The position numbers and the translations under genes were made by a program. 64,000 nucleotides of DNA from Malacoraja senta (taxonomy: Eukaryota): contig CM075989.1 of NCBI GenBank assembly GCA_038087875.1, forward strand, positions 8,992,001 to 9,056,000, given 5' to 3'. This document shows, piece after piece, positions 63,109 to 64,000 of the stretch (its first letter is position 1; each line of letters starts with the position of its first letter). The notes beneath the pieces are model-generated. The model was not told the DNA's origin. It made no database searches and was given only the letters and a program-made list of their open reading frames with translations.

Positions 63109-63777
63109 TAATGAACGGGCCTTCCACAAACTGGGGTGTAGACTCAGTTTTCCAACCTACCTTTTGCAAATATCGGAGTTTAGTAATGCTTCAATGTTGT
63201 AAAACTACATTCTGCACACTGGTATTTTTCTCTCTGCACGACCTGTTTACTTGTGTATGGATGGCTCGTACACATGTATAGTTTGGCTTGACTGGTTGCA
63301 CGATCAATGTGTATTTTGTTCCTTCTATTGGTTTATTAATGTCACGTATACCAAGTCACAGTGAGTGCATTCAAATGAAAGTTTTCACTTGTAACTTGGT
63401 GTAAGGTGACAATAACAAAACAATACCAGTACCAAAATCCACACTGACTGCATTTGCAGTGCTGAGTTTGACATGTTGTACTGTTTTGAATATAGAAACA
63501 AGGAACTGCAGGTCCTGGTTTCCTGTTGGAAATGCCTTCTTTCCAAATCAACGCACACCTACCTTACCAAAGACATGCCATTATCCTGAGGTGATGATGA
63601 GATTTCCAATATTTATCCCCCAGATGACAATGCCAAATCGGGTTAATTAGTCATTAACAGGTTTCTCTGTGGGATCTTGCTGTGCACAAACAGGCTGCCA
63701 CATTTCCTACATTGTAACGATGATGACAGTTCAAGATCACTTTCGGGGTTGTGAAGAAGCTACATCATGCCAGGGCA

Positions 63778-64000
63778 TGGTGGCAGCAGAGTGGTACTGC
63801 GGTAGAGTTGCTGCCTTACAGCATCAGAGACCCAGGTTTGATCCTGACTGCGGGTGCTACCTGTACAAGAGTGTTACGTTCTCCCTGTGCCTACATGGGT
63901 TTTCACTGGATGCTCCAGTTTCCTCCTGCACTCCATAGACGTACAGGTTTGTAGGTTAATAGGCTTCGGTAAAATTATAAATTGTCCCTAGTGTGTAGAA
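63778..64000 (+). mobile_element. V-SINE running off the window end
   Basis: GCGGTAGAGTTGCTGCCTTACAGC..TTTGATCCTGACTGCGGGTGCT..GTAGGTTAAT; further copies at ~33065, ~33890, ~35715, ~37250, ~43538, ~44325, ~56375 and ~61245. Confidence 0.85.

Overview
A 64 kb repeat-dense stretch of vertebrate nuclear DNA. It is most likely from a cartilaginous fish (skate/ray-like), inferred from HE1/V-SINE-type tRNA SINEs, HER1/CR1 tails and Deu-domain SINE relics. There is one 200-N scaffold gap. Almost all ORFs in the track are repeat artefacts. The real coding remnants are decayed CR1 reverse transcriptase, a Neptune-type Penelope GIY-YIG fragment and Rex1/Babar C-termini. The only credible host coding feature is a 52-nt signal-peptide first exon (46686-46737, +) behind a promoter-like region, and the gene could not be identified. 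DNA transposons include eight PIF/Harbinger MITEs sharing one terminus, one hAT MITE with an 8-bp TSD, a 74-bp piggyBac MITE and Helitron-like 3' ends. The most notable signal is a ~140-bp retroposed element present twice (23988-24124 on -, 26031-26173 on +). Its first 54 nt fold by eye into a minimal, P4-less HDV-like ribozyme, and both copies begin exactly at the predicted self-cleavage G1. Penelope-derived minimal hammerhead cores, a pseudoknotted RTE-like SINE head and a tRNA-Trp pseudogene with a CTG anticodon fused to a SINE are also present. All family names come from recognising motifs by eye, with no database search, and repeat boundaries without TSDs are approximate.
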